The position numbers were made by a program, and so were the translations under genes. This document shows positions 43,728 through 56,130 of a DNA stretch of 64,000 nucleotides, piece by piece. The stretch is taken from NCBI GenBank assembly GCA_951406725.2, contig OX597818.1, positions 115,010,001 to 115,074,000 of the forward strand. Direction: 5' to 3'. The notes under the pieces were generated by a model that made no database searches, was not told the origin of the DNA, and worked only from the letters and a program-made list of their open reading frames with translations. The DNA comes from Octopus vulgaris. Lineage: Eukaryota. Every line of letters starts with the position of its first letter. Positions within the stretch are counted from its first letter, which is position 1.

Positions 43728-43811
43728 GGCCTGAAGATTAGCCTGAGATATACACCTCTTTTGGATATTTACCTCTTCCGAGTTTCCACTTGCTATGAAA
43801 CATATGTAGCC
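43728..43811 (+). ncRNA. Type I hammerhead ribozyme, family 6
   Basis: GGC CTGAAGA TTAGC...GCTAT GAAAC ATAT GTA/ GCC; palindromic stem III ACATATGT. Confidence 0.6.
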
Positions 43812-44093
43812 CAGATTTTATCTACTCTGTTCCTTAATTTTTGGAGATATGTATATAGCCGCAGGAGTGGCAGTGTGGTAAGAAGCTTGCTTCCCAACCA
43901 CATGGTTCCGTGTTCAGTCCCACTGCGTGGAACCTTAGGCAAGCGTCTTCTACTATAGCTTTGAAGCGACCAAAGCCTTGTGAGTGGATTTGGTGCCCAA
44001 ACAGCCACACAGAGAGACTGTACCTGGAACCATGTGGTTGGTAAGGAAGCTATTTACCACACAGCCACTCCTGTGCCTATATATATATATATA

Positions 44094-44451
44094 CTAGCAG
44101 TATCGCCCGGCGTTGCTCGGGTTTGTAAGGGAAATAACTATAAAGCATTTTTAGAGAGTTATAGCCAAAAAATGATGGTAAATTTTTTTTTAGAGTAAAA
44201 AAAGGTGGAGTTGCGTCCCCTAGACGGTTTGTGTTTCTGATTCTCGACCCCATGTCGAATTTATCGATTTTTTTCAGAACTGGGGGAACTTTTCAAAATT
44301 TTCGCTGCGTTAGTTTTGAATTATGACATTGGGCTATGTGTGTGTCAAGTTTCATCAGAATCGGTTGAAAGCCGTGGTCAGGGTGAGGGTACAAGCAAAC
44401 AGACACACAGAAACACGCACAGACAAACTGCCGTTTATATATAGAGAGAGA
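44094..44451 (-). mobile_element. Non-autonomous Helitron-like element
   Basis: Minus strand starts TCTCTCTCTATATATAAA and ends CCCGAGCAACGCCGGGCGATACTGCTAG|T, the same termini as 38361-38753. Confidence 0.78.
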
Positions 44452-44824
44452 TATATTATGGCTGCCCCCTCGTTATCGAGTATGGCCATTGCACGAAGCT
44501 TAACTGTTACTGGTGCTGTGATCGAATGTGACTTTTTAGCCCAGCTAAAGATCTACAATGTCTTGTACAAAATTGGCAACCAAAACCTTTACTAGTAATA
44601 GCCGGCTGTAATTGTAACTGGGCTTCATGTACCTTTGCATGTCGTTTAAGTCCTCCTGCCGAATTACACTCTCTTCCACATGTCCGACAGATATGATTAG
44701 TATGGTGTATTACACCACCACCAGTGGCCAGGTTGTCACTCATCTGTCTCGTTTTATGACTACGAAGATGACTCTTGAGTCCAGCTTTACTGAGGCATGG
44801 TCTTGCACAGACATTGCATGTCAT
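44452..44824 (-). mobile_element. 5'-truncated RTE-type LINE 3' end encoding three C2H2 zinc fingers
   Basis: ORF 44507-44824: CNVCARPCLSKAGLKSHLRSH, CRTCGRECNSAGGLKRHAKVH, CQFCTRHCRSLAGLKSHIRSQH; no TGEKP linkers; short RTE-like 3' UTR GGCCATACTCGATAACGAGGGGGCAGCCAT. Confidence 0.75.
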
Positions 44825-44858
44825 GTACGTATGTATATTTGTATGTATGTATCTTTTA

Positions 44859-44893
<35 letters not shown>

Positions 44894-45203
44894 TATATGT
44901 ATATATAAATATATATATATATATATAAATATATATATATGTATGTATATATATACAATATAAGAAAATGGAGAAACACATCTAAATCAAATATCAATTA
45001 CCAGATAATACTCAATCACATACTTATCTTGTATTAGTAATTTGTGGTAAATCATTTTACATTTGCCCATATAATACAGTAAATGAATTGATTGCATCGC
45101 AATCATTAACATTTATGTATTAACTTTGTTGGGTACTTCACTAGCAGTATATTGGATATACGTTATCCCATAGAGGGTTGCATTTACAACCCCTATCTCA
45201 ATT

Positions 45204-45244
<41 letters not shown>

Positions 45245-45614
45245 TAAAAGATACATACATACATACGTACATAATTATACGCACTTACACACATACGCAT
45301 ACACTAAATATTTATAAATTTACACACTTTTCAGGAACCGGAACAATGAACTAAAACATTAGGCGAGTGTGGATAATGTTTACACAATTGGCAGCAGCAA
45401 GTTGAGAAACGTAAATGTTTATTTTGTTCACATTGTGGTTTCCATTATTGAGGTTAAGTATTCCATAATTACTGGTTAGAGTAGCTACTTAACGAGTGAC
45501 GGCATTAAAGTACCCATTATTTCGTTCCAAAATAGCTGTTATTTTTATTTCTATTCAATATGAAAAAGATGTATTTCTTATACATAATTACATACACACA
45601 AGCACATATATATG

Positions 45615-45739
<125 letters not shown>

Positions 45740-45772
45740 GAAAGAATGGAGTTGAACGACAAATTAACAAAA

Positions 45773-45876
45773 TTCCTTTACTTTATTTTCGACATATGTT
45801 TCGAAGGCTGCATATTCCTAATTTCGAAGGAATAAGGGGTGCATTAAGCCGCCTTCTCATCAGGAAAAACAAGGAA
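45773..45876 (-). ncRNA. Type I hammerhead ribozyme, family 1, second copy
   Basis: Minus strand: TTTTC CTGATGA GAAGGC...GCCTTC GAAAC ATAT GTC/ GAAAA. Confidence 0.82.
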
Positions 45877-45882
45877 CTTATG

Positions 45883-45930
<48 letters not shown>

Positions 45931-45997
45931 CGGAGTAAATACCTAAATGCGAAACAATGTGGAAAAAGTAGTACTCGAGTATCAGATGTAGAGTAAT

Positions 45998-46162
45998 ATG
46001 CTTTATTGAAAAGCAGCAAAAATATCAGAAAATCTGTTACTCAAAGTTTCATGTTCTCGTTCGTCGGACAGTTTTGTTTAGAAAAAATCTGTCCGACGAA
46101 CGGGAACGTCAAACTCCGACTAACAGATCTTGTGATATTTTTGCTGCTTTCCAATAAAGTAT
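45998..46162. repeat. Palindromic Penelope-like terminus, each arm with a variant hammerhead core
   Basis: Arms 45998-46071 and 46089-46162; consensus CTGT CCGACGA ACG-GGAA-CGT GAAAC TYYGA GTA ACAG. Confidence 0.65.
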
Positions 46163-46163
46163 G

Positions 46164-46238
<75 letters not shown>

Positions 46239-46289
46239 ATGTCTGCCGCTACATTCTGAGTTCAAATATCCCCCGAGGTCGACTTTGCG

Positions 46290-46616
46290 AAACTGTTACT
46301 TTATTTATCGACCCCGAAAGGATGAAAGGCAAAGTCGACCTCGGCGGAATTTGAACTCAGAACGTAACGGCAGACGAAATACCTATTTCTTTACTACCCA
46401 CAAGGAGCTAAACACAGAGAGGACAAACAAGGACAGACAAACGGATTAAGTCGATTACATCGACCCCAGTACGAAACTGGTACTTTATTTATCGACCCCG
46501 AAAGGATGAAAGGCAAAGTCGACCTCGGCGGAATTTGAACTCAGAACGTAACGACAGACGAAATACCGCTAAACATTTCGCCCGGCGCACTAACGTTTCT
46601 GCCAGCTCGCCGCCTT
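46290..46616 (-). mobile_element. SINE family B dimer
   Basis: Same GAAATACCTATTTCTTT junction as the other arrays, at about 46376-46392. Confidence 0.9.
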
Positions 46617-46620
46617 CAAT

Positions 46621-47305
46621 GTACAACAACGTGTAGTAAATTAATATGAAAAAAAATGTGCGCTAGCGAACGGGAGGCGGGGGAGAGGATTCGGAAATTC
46701 ACATCGGGAATGTTCCGAGCCTTCTCACCACTTCCCGTCCGTCGGCGAAATTTTTTTCTTCATATTCGTTTCCTACACATTATTTCACACCTAGTACACT
46801 ATCTTTTCATCAATTTTTGTGACGGGGTGGCGGACTCGGATAATTCACACGATCCAATAACCCATCTTCGACACCCAGTCACAAAAAGGGGGGCGGGATA
46901 AAACAGTGTAATAGGTGTAAAACAACATGTAGTAAACGAATATGAAAAAAATGCGCGCCGGCGAACAGGAGCGGGGGCGGGGAGAGGACTCGGAAAATTC
47001 TGACCTTGACCTTTAAACTCCAGTGTTTGACCCGCGTTACTGGATCGTGTGAATTATCCGACTCCGCACCCCACTCATCCCCCGTTACAAAAACTGAAAA
47101 AAAAATCGTGTACTAGGTGTGAAATAATGTGTAGTAAACGAATATGAAGAATAATATTTCTCCGACAGATGGGGAAGTGGTGAAGAGAGGACTCAGAACA
47201 TTTCCAATGTGAATTTTCCGAGTCCTTTCTCTGACCCCGTTCGCCAGCGCGCATTTTTTTCATATTCGTTTACTGCATGTTGTTGTACACTTATTGCACT
47301 GTTTT
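46621..47305. mobile_element. Foldback/MITE-like palindromic element with modular subrepeats
   Basis: 46621-46842 is the inverse of 47037-47288; the module GTAGTAAACGAATATGAA occurs about 5 times in both orientations. Confidence 0.7.
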
Positions 47306-47506
47306 TTTATTTTTTGCTCGGCTCAAACAATTCTGAAAGAATGAAAGGCAAAGTCGATCTCGGCGTCATTTGAACTCGGAACTTCAAGACGGACGAAATG
47401 CCGTGAGTGTGTGCGTATGTGTATGTTTGTGTGTGCGCGCGTATGTGTGGGGGATGATGTATGTGTGTTTTGACAGCGTCTTTTTAGTTCTTACGTATAT
47501 TCAATA

Positions 47507-48870
47507 TACGGGCCTATTTATTCAGATTAACAAATGCTATGGTCATGCGCTTTATTTCTGTTTATTTCAGAGGTTAATTCATTTGAAAGAGAACTTTGTC
47601 CACTTGATGCCGACGTGCAGAACATTCGCTTCTTATACAATATTTTCTTTTCTACTGCACTCCATCATAAACAAACATGTCTTGTAAATATTTAAATTAA
47701 ATTGCTGCCTAGATAAACAAATTAACAATAAAAAAAAAAGCTTTAATTATTATTAGTTTTTTTTTATCCTCTTTCAGTGATGTTAAAATTAGTGAAACTA
47801 TAGACAAAATGCAGCCAAAAAATGTACGAGATCTGATCAACAAGTGTTGGGGTTGGTGCTACAAAAAGAAAATACATGTCAACTCTGCATTTGTTCCCCT
47901 TCGATGGTGACCCCTTTCTGAACCCACAAACTTTATCCAGCGTCGTGTCCATCAACGGAAGCATTCCTGGAACTCCTTTTTTATTTTAGGACGAGGAGCA
48001 GCTGCCTTGTCGCATTCTCTTGGATTGCCTTAAATCATGAAATTTTCTCTTCTACTGCAAAGACTGGTTCCGGGGATTTAGCCATAGACCCACGATTCAT
48101 ACCCTATTTTGACCATTTTCAAAATGCTTTCTTCTTCCTCGACACAAAGATATCCTGCGCATCTGAAACCCGTTCTTCTTTTTGAGACACCCACACCCAA
48201 GTACTGCATTAAACATCAGAAATGTGCGAGACCATTATAACTTTGTCCACATGCGCGACAGTTCAAGGTCAATCTGAGCTAAGCAGCCTTTAGTTCCGTC
48301 ACTATAACAACTGAACTTATACTTTTTGGTCAGAACTCATATTTAGTTATGCTTCTTGAGGCTCGGTGTTGAAATCCTTTTGTAGTTAAATTCAACGCTG
48401 ACTTTACTAAAACGATTGTGGCTAGTTAAAGCACAAAACTAAAAGCTTTCGGAAAGAGCTATCCGATTACATTGGCCCCCACTGTGTGATCGGCTCTGTG
48501 TTTTATCAACCCTGAAAGAATGAAAGGCATGTTTGATTTTGCTGGGATTTGAACTCAGAACGTACAGAGCCAAAGCAAATGCCAATCCATTAATTGTATT
48601 TGATAAAATAATGGCACCATCCATTTACAGAGGTCGATAAGGTCCTTTCTCCTAAAATATCTTTTATCTTTTGTTTCAGTTATGGCTGGAGAACTGCCTG
48701 GACGCATCTGTAGTCGAATCAATCAACTCCAGTAATTATCTTTTCTTTGCCTGATATTTATTCTATCAGGTCCCTCCCACCCCGCTGAACTGCTGAGTAA
48801 CGGAGATGTAAACACAACACTAGCTGTCAAACGATTGTAACTGACAAACACAGAAACACGTGTGTGTCTG

Positions 48871-48955
<85 letters not shown>

Positions 48956-49630
48956 GTCTATTTATTCAGATTAACAAATGCTATGGTCATGCGCTTTATT
49001 TCTGTTTATTTCAGAAGTTAATTCATTTCAAAGAGAACTTTGTCCACTTGATGCCGACGTGCAGAACATTCGCTTCTTATACAATATTTTCTTTTCTACT
49101 GCACTCCATCATAAACAAACATGTCTTGTAAATATTTAAATTAAAATGCTGCCTAAATAAACAGATTAACAATAAAAAAAAAAGCTTTAATTATTATTAG
49201 TTTTTTATCCTCTTTCAGTGATGCTAAAATTAGTGAAACTGTAGACAAACTGCAGTCTAAAAATGTACGAGATCTGATCAACAAGTGTTAGGGTTGGTGC
49301 TACAAAAAAAAAATACAACACGTCAATTCTGCATTTGGTCCCCTTCGATGGAGACCCCTGTCTGAAACCCCCAAACGTAATCCAGCGTTGTGTCCATCAA
49401 CGGAAGCATTCCTGGAACTCCGTTTTTATTTTAGAATAGGGTGCAGCTCTCTTGTGGCATTGGGTTGCCTTAAATCATGAAATCTTTTCTGCTGTGAATA
49501 CTGGTTCCGGCGATATAGCCATCGACCCACGATTCATCTCCTGTTTTGACCGTTTTCAAAATGTTTTCTTCTTCCTCGACACAATCAAAGATATCCTGCG
49601 CAGCTAAGACTTGTTTTTCTTTTTGAGACA
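47507..49630 (+). repeat. Direct local duplication of about 680 bp (47507-48189 vs 48952-49630)
   Basis: Near-identical first 190 bp, then a more diverged mariner-derived part. Confidence 0.92.
47825..48341 (-). mobile_element. Internally deleted mariner with both ends
   Basis: Right TIR TACGAGATCTGATCAACAAG; minus-strand remnants QKEERVSDAQDI, KIGYESWVYG and EFQECF..W..RW; left TIR at 48310-48341. Confidence 0.8.
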
Positions 49631-50544
49631 AACATAGTTTTCTTTTAAACGAAGCAGGACGTTTAAATTAAGAAACGCACACGAGCTAATGTAGTGAATA
49701 TTTTAGAAATAGATGTTAAAATGTTATTTTCAACTGAAGATCGCAGAGCATGTTTGTCATGCAAAACATGAAAACAATTGATATTGAAATATAAATTACT
49801 TACTGATGCAAAGGTAAGCCTGTTTCTCATATGTGTATTGCATTGCTCGTGTGTAACTTTATCGTGAGTTTATGGTGGTTTTTGGAGCGTTGGCTCTGAT
49901 TTTAGCAAATGGTATTATATACCCTACAGAATCAATATTCATATATATATATATATACACACATATACAAGTGTGTGTATGTGTATGTCTGTGTTTGTCA
50001 GTCACAATCGTTTCACAACTGGTGTTGTGTTTATGTCTCCGTTACTCAGCAGTTCGGCGGGGAGACGAAAACCTGATAGAATAAATATCAGGCTTAGAAA
50101 AGCTAACTACTGGAGTTGATTGATTCGACTACAAATGCTTCAAGGCAGTGCCCCAGCATGGCCGCAATCTGAGTTCAAATCCCAGCAAAATCAAACCTGC
50201 CTTTCATGCTTTCGGGGTTGATAAAACAAGAGCCGATCACATAGTAGGGCCGTTGTAATCAGATAACTCGAAGGAGGATAAGTGCCGAATTGAGGTGTTG
50301 TAGTTTTCTCTTTATAGTACCACCCCGGATAACCTCACAGGCTGGATCTGACTAATACGAGCGTTAACCTTCCCAAAAGGAGTAGCTGCTTATCTACACT
50401 AGAGATTGGCATTAAATAGATTATTTTCCTGAAACAGTAGATATTTAAAATCTCTAAATCACCAAATTCCTACAAAGTGTGACCAGACTATGGCACTTTA
50501 CGCCCATTATTTCAGATCCTACAGCAGCCGGCTTCCTTTTGTTC

Positions 50545-50957
50545 CCTTTACTCTTTACTCTTTTACTTTTTTACTTGTTTCAGTCATTTGACTGCGGATA
50601 TGCTGGAGCACCGCCTTTAGTCGAGCAAATCGATCCCAGGACTTATTCTTTGTAATCCTAGTACTTATTCTATCGGCCTCTTTTGCCGAACCGCTAAGTT
50701 ACGGGGACGTAAACACACCAGCATCGGTTGTTAAGCAATGTTGGGGGTGGGGAGACAAACACAGACACACAAACATATACATACACATACATACGACGGG
50801 CTTTTTTCAGTTTCCGTCCACAAAATCCACTCACAAGGCTTTGGTCGGCCTGAGGCTATAGTAAAAGACACTTGCCCAAGGTGCCACGCAGTGGGACTGA
50901 AGCCGGAATTATGTGGTTGGTAAGCAAGCTACTTACCACACGTCCACTCCTGCGCCT
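50545..50957 (-). mobile_element. SINE family A, full length
   Basis: Near-consensus copy; further copies at about 2895-3245, 16645-17415, 29445-29565, 32280-32515, 51445-51975 and 52240-52612. Confidence 0.92.
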
Positions 50958-52994
50958 TTATATACTACTATAAAAATTTATAGCCAAATTCTCTACTTAA
51001 TATTTGACCATAAGATGGCGGCGAAAATGCAAAATCGTTAGCACGGTGGGGAAAATGCTTAACGGTATTTCGTCCACCATTACGTTCTGAGAGCAACTTT
51101 GCCTTTCATCCTTTCGAGGTAAATAAAAAAGTACCAGTTGAGCCCTGGGGCCAATGTAATCGACTTACTGAAACTGCCAATCTTTGAATTTGACGCTAAT
51201 ATTTGACCTAAGGGTCGGATGCTCTTTCCATTAATTATCACGTAACAGTGCAATAGGAGACAAACACACTGAGAAAAATTTCTAGAAAATATGTCAGTCA
51301 TGCGAAAGGAAGCGAATAGAAAAGTGACGTAACGTGATGAGATATAACAATATAACAATACCAGCGCGTTACGTTCAGCACCGTGTCTTTAGAACGATGA
51401 TATTTGAAGAAATTTGATTAGGATGATTATATTTTTCTTTTTTATCGTTTACTTGTCTCAGTCATTAAACTGCGGCCATACTGGAGCACCGCCTTAAGGA
51501 AACTTTAGTCGAATGAAATGACTCCAGTACTTATGCTATCGGTCTCTTTTAAGCACATCAACACTGGTTAGCAATTGGTGGTGGGTCGGACACACACACA
51601 CACACATATATAGTTGAAATTTACAGAAAAACAAAAGACGAAGACAGGTGTATTAGTTTGACGCTCGGGAAGGTGAGAAAGTCTTTTACGTATCAAGCCT
51701 ACGCTCTTCAACAGAACGGAACGCGAGGAAATAGGGGAGAATTAAAACAAAAACCCTTGGAGCTAGCGGTCAATCATGGCGGCTGTATATATATATATAT
51801 ATATACACACACACGACGAGCATCTTTTACGTTTCCGTCAAAGAAATTCACTCACAGGGCTTTGGTCAGCCCGCGGCTATAGTAGAAGACACTTAAGGTA
51901 CCACGCAGTGGGACTGAACCCAGAACCATATGGTTGAGAAACAAACTTCTCGCCCCACTGTCGCGATTGTGCCTATAAGAAGAAAACTCACCTCGCTGAA
52001 TTCAAAGTCCAGATTGTTAACAATTACCCCATGAGATCAGCTATAAAAATAGTATATTATTAATATTAAGCGGAGACTGAAATATCAAACGCAAAGTACA
52101 TTTCTAGGTAATTACTAGTCACCATTTTTTACACAAGCAAAACTATTGAATTTTCATTCTCGCATGTAACCCAAATACCATAGAACAGACCCAACCTTTT
52201 TTATTTGCCAGTGGTATTTAGTATTTTTATCAAATTACTTTTTTACTCTTTACTCTTTACACTTTTACTTGTTTCAGTATTTCACTGCGGCCATGCTGGA
52301 GCACCGCCTATAGTCAACCCCAGGACTTATTCTTTGGAAAACTAGTACTTATTCTATCGGTTTCTTTTGCCGAACCGCTAAGTTATGGAGATGTAAACAC
52401 ACCACCATCGGTTGTCAGGCGATGTTGGGGAGGGGACAAACACAGACACGCAAACATATGCACACACATACATATATATATATACATATATACGACGGGC
52501 TTCTTTCAGTTTCCGTCTACCACATCCACTCACAAGGCTCTGGTCGGCCCGAGGCTATTGTAGAAGGTGCCACGCAGTGGGACTGAACCCGGAACTATGT
52601 GGTTGGTAAGCATCCACAATGTTGTATAGATTTTACCCAGAGTGCAGAGAAACTTCAATAAATAGGCCATAGCCATTCAGTTGCTAGAATACTCATAATA
52701 GGTAGAGACACAACTATGTGAATCCACCCCACAGGGCCGTACCTTGGCAAGTGTCTTTTCTGTGTAGCGTTTGGTAAGCTAATGAATTAGGAAGGTAAAT
52801 TACTTGGCGAATGCATGTAATCGTTTTGTGTTTGCGTGAACGAGCGTGCTGAGTTACTTCCCTTAATTTAAAATGGTGACTTGGCCATTCGATAAAATAT
52901 GTAACAGGCTGAAATACGAATCAGATCTCTTGAATATTGAGGTTTAATAAGATCAACCCCAATTATTAAAAATAATTCCTTGAAGGCAGAGCTC

Positions 52995-53203
52995 TACAAG
53001 CTGTCCACAAAGTCTGGGTACATGGAGTAAATAAAATCATAACAAACAATTAAATATCAGAAACAATTTCTTAGATTGTGTTAATTCCCATGTTGGTACA
53101 TGGAGTAAATGAAATCATAACATAAAGAATTAAATATAAGAAATAATAATTTCTTAAAGTATGTGTTAATCCCCATGTACCCAGACTTTGTGGACACCCT
53201 GTA
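52995..53203. mobile_element. Tc1/mariner-type MITE with internal tandem duplication
   Basis: TACAAGCTGTCCACAAAGTCTGGGTACATGG...CCATGTACCCAGACTTTGTGGACACCCTGTA; TA flanks. Confidence 0.85.
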
Positions 53204-53729
53204 GAATGGCCGTAGAGTAATGAACGAACGATAAACAAGTGTAGCCGATTCAAAGCATCTGACTGTATTAGATCTAGTATAGTTGTTAACCTATATTTGC
53301 TGTAGATTTGACTGTTTTGGTGAATTTTCAATCCTTGCCTCAAAATGAACTTTCTCTTTCTAGTAGCGATCATTCGGTTATATTGAATCATTCGGTTGTA
53401 TTGAACCTCGTACTTGACTGATATTGATTTTATTGATCGTAGACGGTTGAAAGGCAAGATCAGCAACCTTGGTATCTGAGCTCCCGACTGACATTTATTT
53501 TATCAACCTCGAAAGAATGAAAGACAAACTCTAGCTCGGCGGAGTTTGTACTCAAACATTCAGAAAGAAAAAGCTTTTAGCAAAGCACCTTAGTATATTG
53601 TAGTGTTTCTCAACAATTTTTACCCTTGCGTACCCCTTAAAATAAATTACGCGTTGCAAGGAACTCCTGCACAAAAAATAAATTATATATCATATGTTTC
53701 TCATGCTTTTCATTGTAGCTCACTGGTAA

Positions 53730-53778
<49 letters not shown>

Positions 53779-55846
53779 TGTGTATGTGTGTATGAGCAAA
53801 GGTATATGTACCCCGCTATATGTATATGTAAATATAAAAAAATGGAGCCAAAACGCAATAGAGGACAATAAAACAAAGGCAGACAAGAGAATCAAGTCAG
53901 AAGAACAGGAAAAAAATTGGACGGGTCATTCATGGCCTTCTTTCATCAGTCAAGTTACCAGATGTTCTTACAGTTTCGATGGTTGTTATATTTTTTGATA
54001 ACATAATAAGGTTAGATAGGATGATGTCTGTATTACAATATTGCAATAACCAATAATATGTTGTTCTACAGAATATATCTATAGATTCTTTTGCCAAAAC
54101 TTTATAAGACGAATGTAAACATTATGTTTATATGTACAATTTTTTCGGGGACAAAAAAGAAGGAATAGCAGTATATATATATTTCAACTTTGCTCAGAGT
54201 TCCGTCAGCAGCTGAGCACCTTCCTTAACTAGTCACGAACAAATGAAGTCTAAAACAACCGATATTAGTATTTAAAGTATACTGGCTAGACTAATTTGCA
54301 TATTCAACACGTTCTGCTGTTAACAGTGTTAGTTAAGTCTAGTCGATGACCGCTTCGGTCAGTGATAGTTTCCGCAACACTGACAACATTTCATTCACTG
54401 ACATACAGAGTTGAATGTAAAATCTACTGACGATCTTTTTGACAGAGACGAAAATGTCGAGTTGTTGCCACAATTCAATGATTGATAAATCTCCTCACAC
54501 CATATCTGTACTGGACATTATCACCACAACGAGGATCATCATCATCGCCATCAGCATCATCACCATTATCATCATCATCAGCAGCAGCAGCAGTAGCAGC
54601 AACAGCCTTGTTATATTCTTATATGTCTTTCATCGGTTAAATATAAGTTTATTTCAAATACAACCATGAGCTCTTGGATTACCCTTGGATTGCCCTTAGA
54701 TTAGCAATTAGAAATCTGAGCATGCGACTGGATTCGAACGAGGAGTTTTTATTTCTAAACTAACAGCAGTAAGGAAACTGAGTGAAACTAAGTGAAACTA
54801 AATAAACTCACTGGATATCAATTATTTTTGTTCAACAATTGCAATGCAATTTGAAACCAGACATTAAGACATTGATTGGTATAAAACAAACAATCTGATC
54901 TGGTATTATCCTTTTTAAAGCAATTACTACACCCTTTTGTCTAACAATACATACTGTCGCCACAGATAAATCGGATTCCTTTTTAGTTCATACACTGCCT
55001 AACAACTGAAACTTTATCAAACATTACAATCAAATTTTCTTTGCAATATATTTGCTAAACACTAGAGGAACAGCAGGGATTTGATAAAATACAATACAAT
55101 GATCATATATTTAAACAGTTCGAGATATCGAATGACTCTTAGTTGGACAGGTTATCTTGTATATTGTTAAAACTGATAAATGTGATTTCTTACTAAATTT
55201 TCTGTTGTCACAAAATTCTTTTATTTCAAAGAAATGTGAAACTAGGACATTGATGTTTGTTTTGTTCTTTGTTCTTTTTTTTTTCTCGAAGGACAGTCAA
55301 TAGTTGTGTAAGTTAAACTTGCAAAAATAGGTTGGCTAAATTTACCAAGAGTTGACACTTTACTCTCCACATCTAGTCTTCGATTTTACATAATGTCCAT
55401 CTGTGAGAGAGAGAGTGAGTGTGTGTGTCTGAGTGTCTGTGCGTGTGCATGTTTGTGTGTGTGTGTATATGCGCACAGGTATCGAAAGCTTTGTTATATT
55501 CGATAGGCAGCTGATGATGGGCATATACGTTTGATATGCTTGTTGTCTCTGAATCTTTTATATCCGATTGTCTCGTCGTAACGAGTTGTCCTTCATTCTG
55601 CAAAACTTAACATTTCTTAAAAGGTACATGGTCTACGGTGGTTTTGTTGTTTGCATTATCGTCATCATTGGTAACCCTGATATGCTAGAATAATACTTCA
55701 TTAAGGGTTTCTAGTTCTTTTTCATTAGGTGGGAAGAGGGATGGGTCTGTCATATATATATATATATATCTGTCTGTCTGTGTATACATGCATACGTATA
55801 TATATATATATATATGTTCATACGTATATATACATATATACCTACA

Positions 55847-55940
55847 TATTATTCAGGTCACTGCTTGGAATCGAACTCGGAATCTTGGGGTTAGTAGCCC
55901 GCGTTCTTAACCACGACGCCCACGGGCATATGGCGTAGTG

Positions 55941-55978
<38 letters not shown>

Positions 55979-56130
55979 TAATATCGAAAAATACTTTAGG
56001 AATGAGAACCCAGGGTTCGAAATTTCCCCCAAGACACCCGATGAAAGCTGGAGGGTATATCAGCCGAAACGTTGTGTTAACAACAAATAAGATGAGGACA
56101 AATATCCATCAAATGTAAATAATGTAAATA
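55847..56130. mobile_element. tRNA-like head(s) plus (AAT)n plus Penelope-like hammerhead module
   Basis: Minus-strand tRNA-like sequence at 55847-55921 with B box GTTCGATTCC; plus-strand A-box fragment TGGCGTAGTGG at 55931; hammerhead at 56034-56077. Confidence 0.65.

Noticed and set aside
44507-44824. Host C2H2 transcription factor gene
   Set aside because: No TGEKP linkers, RTE-like 3' tail and abrupt 5' truncation; better explained as a LINE end
49728-49789. Hammerhead-like TTTCAA CTGAAGA...GAAAAC AATT GATA TTGAAA
   Set aside because: Stem II is not adjacent to the core and there are extra bases at the core and cleavage site; may be chance or a very old relic
55855-55921. Functional tRNA gene
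   Set aside because: A and B boxes are present but there is no proper acceptor stem; treated as a SINE-type head, as are the heads at 7899, 41138 and 60732
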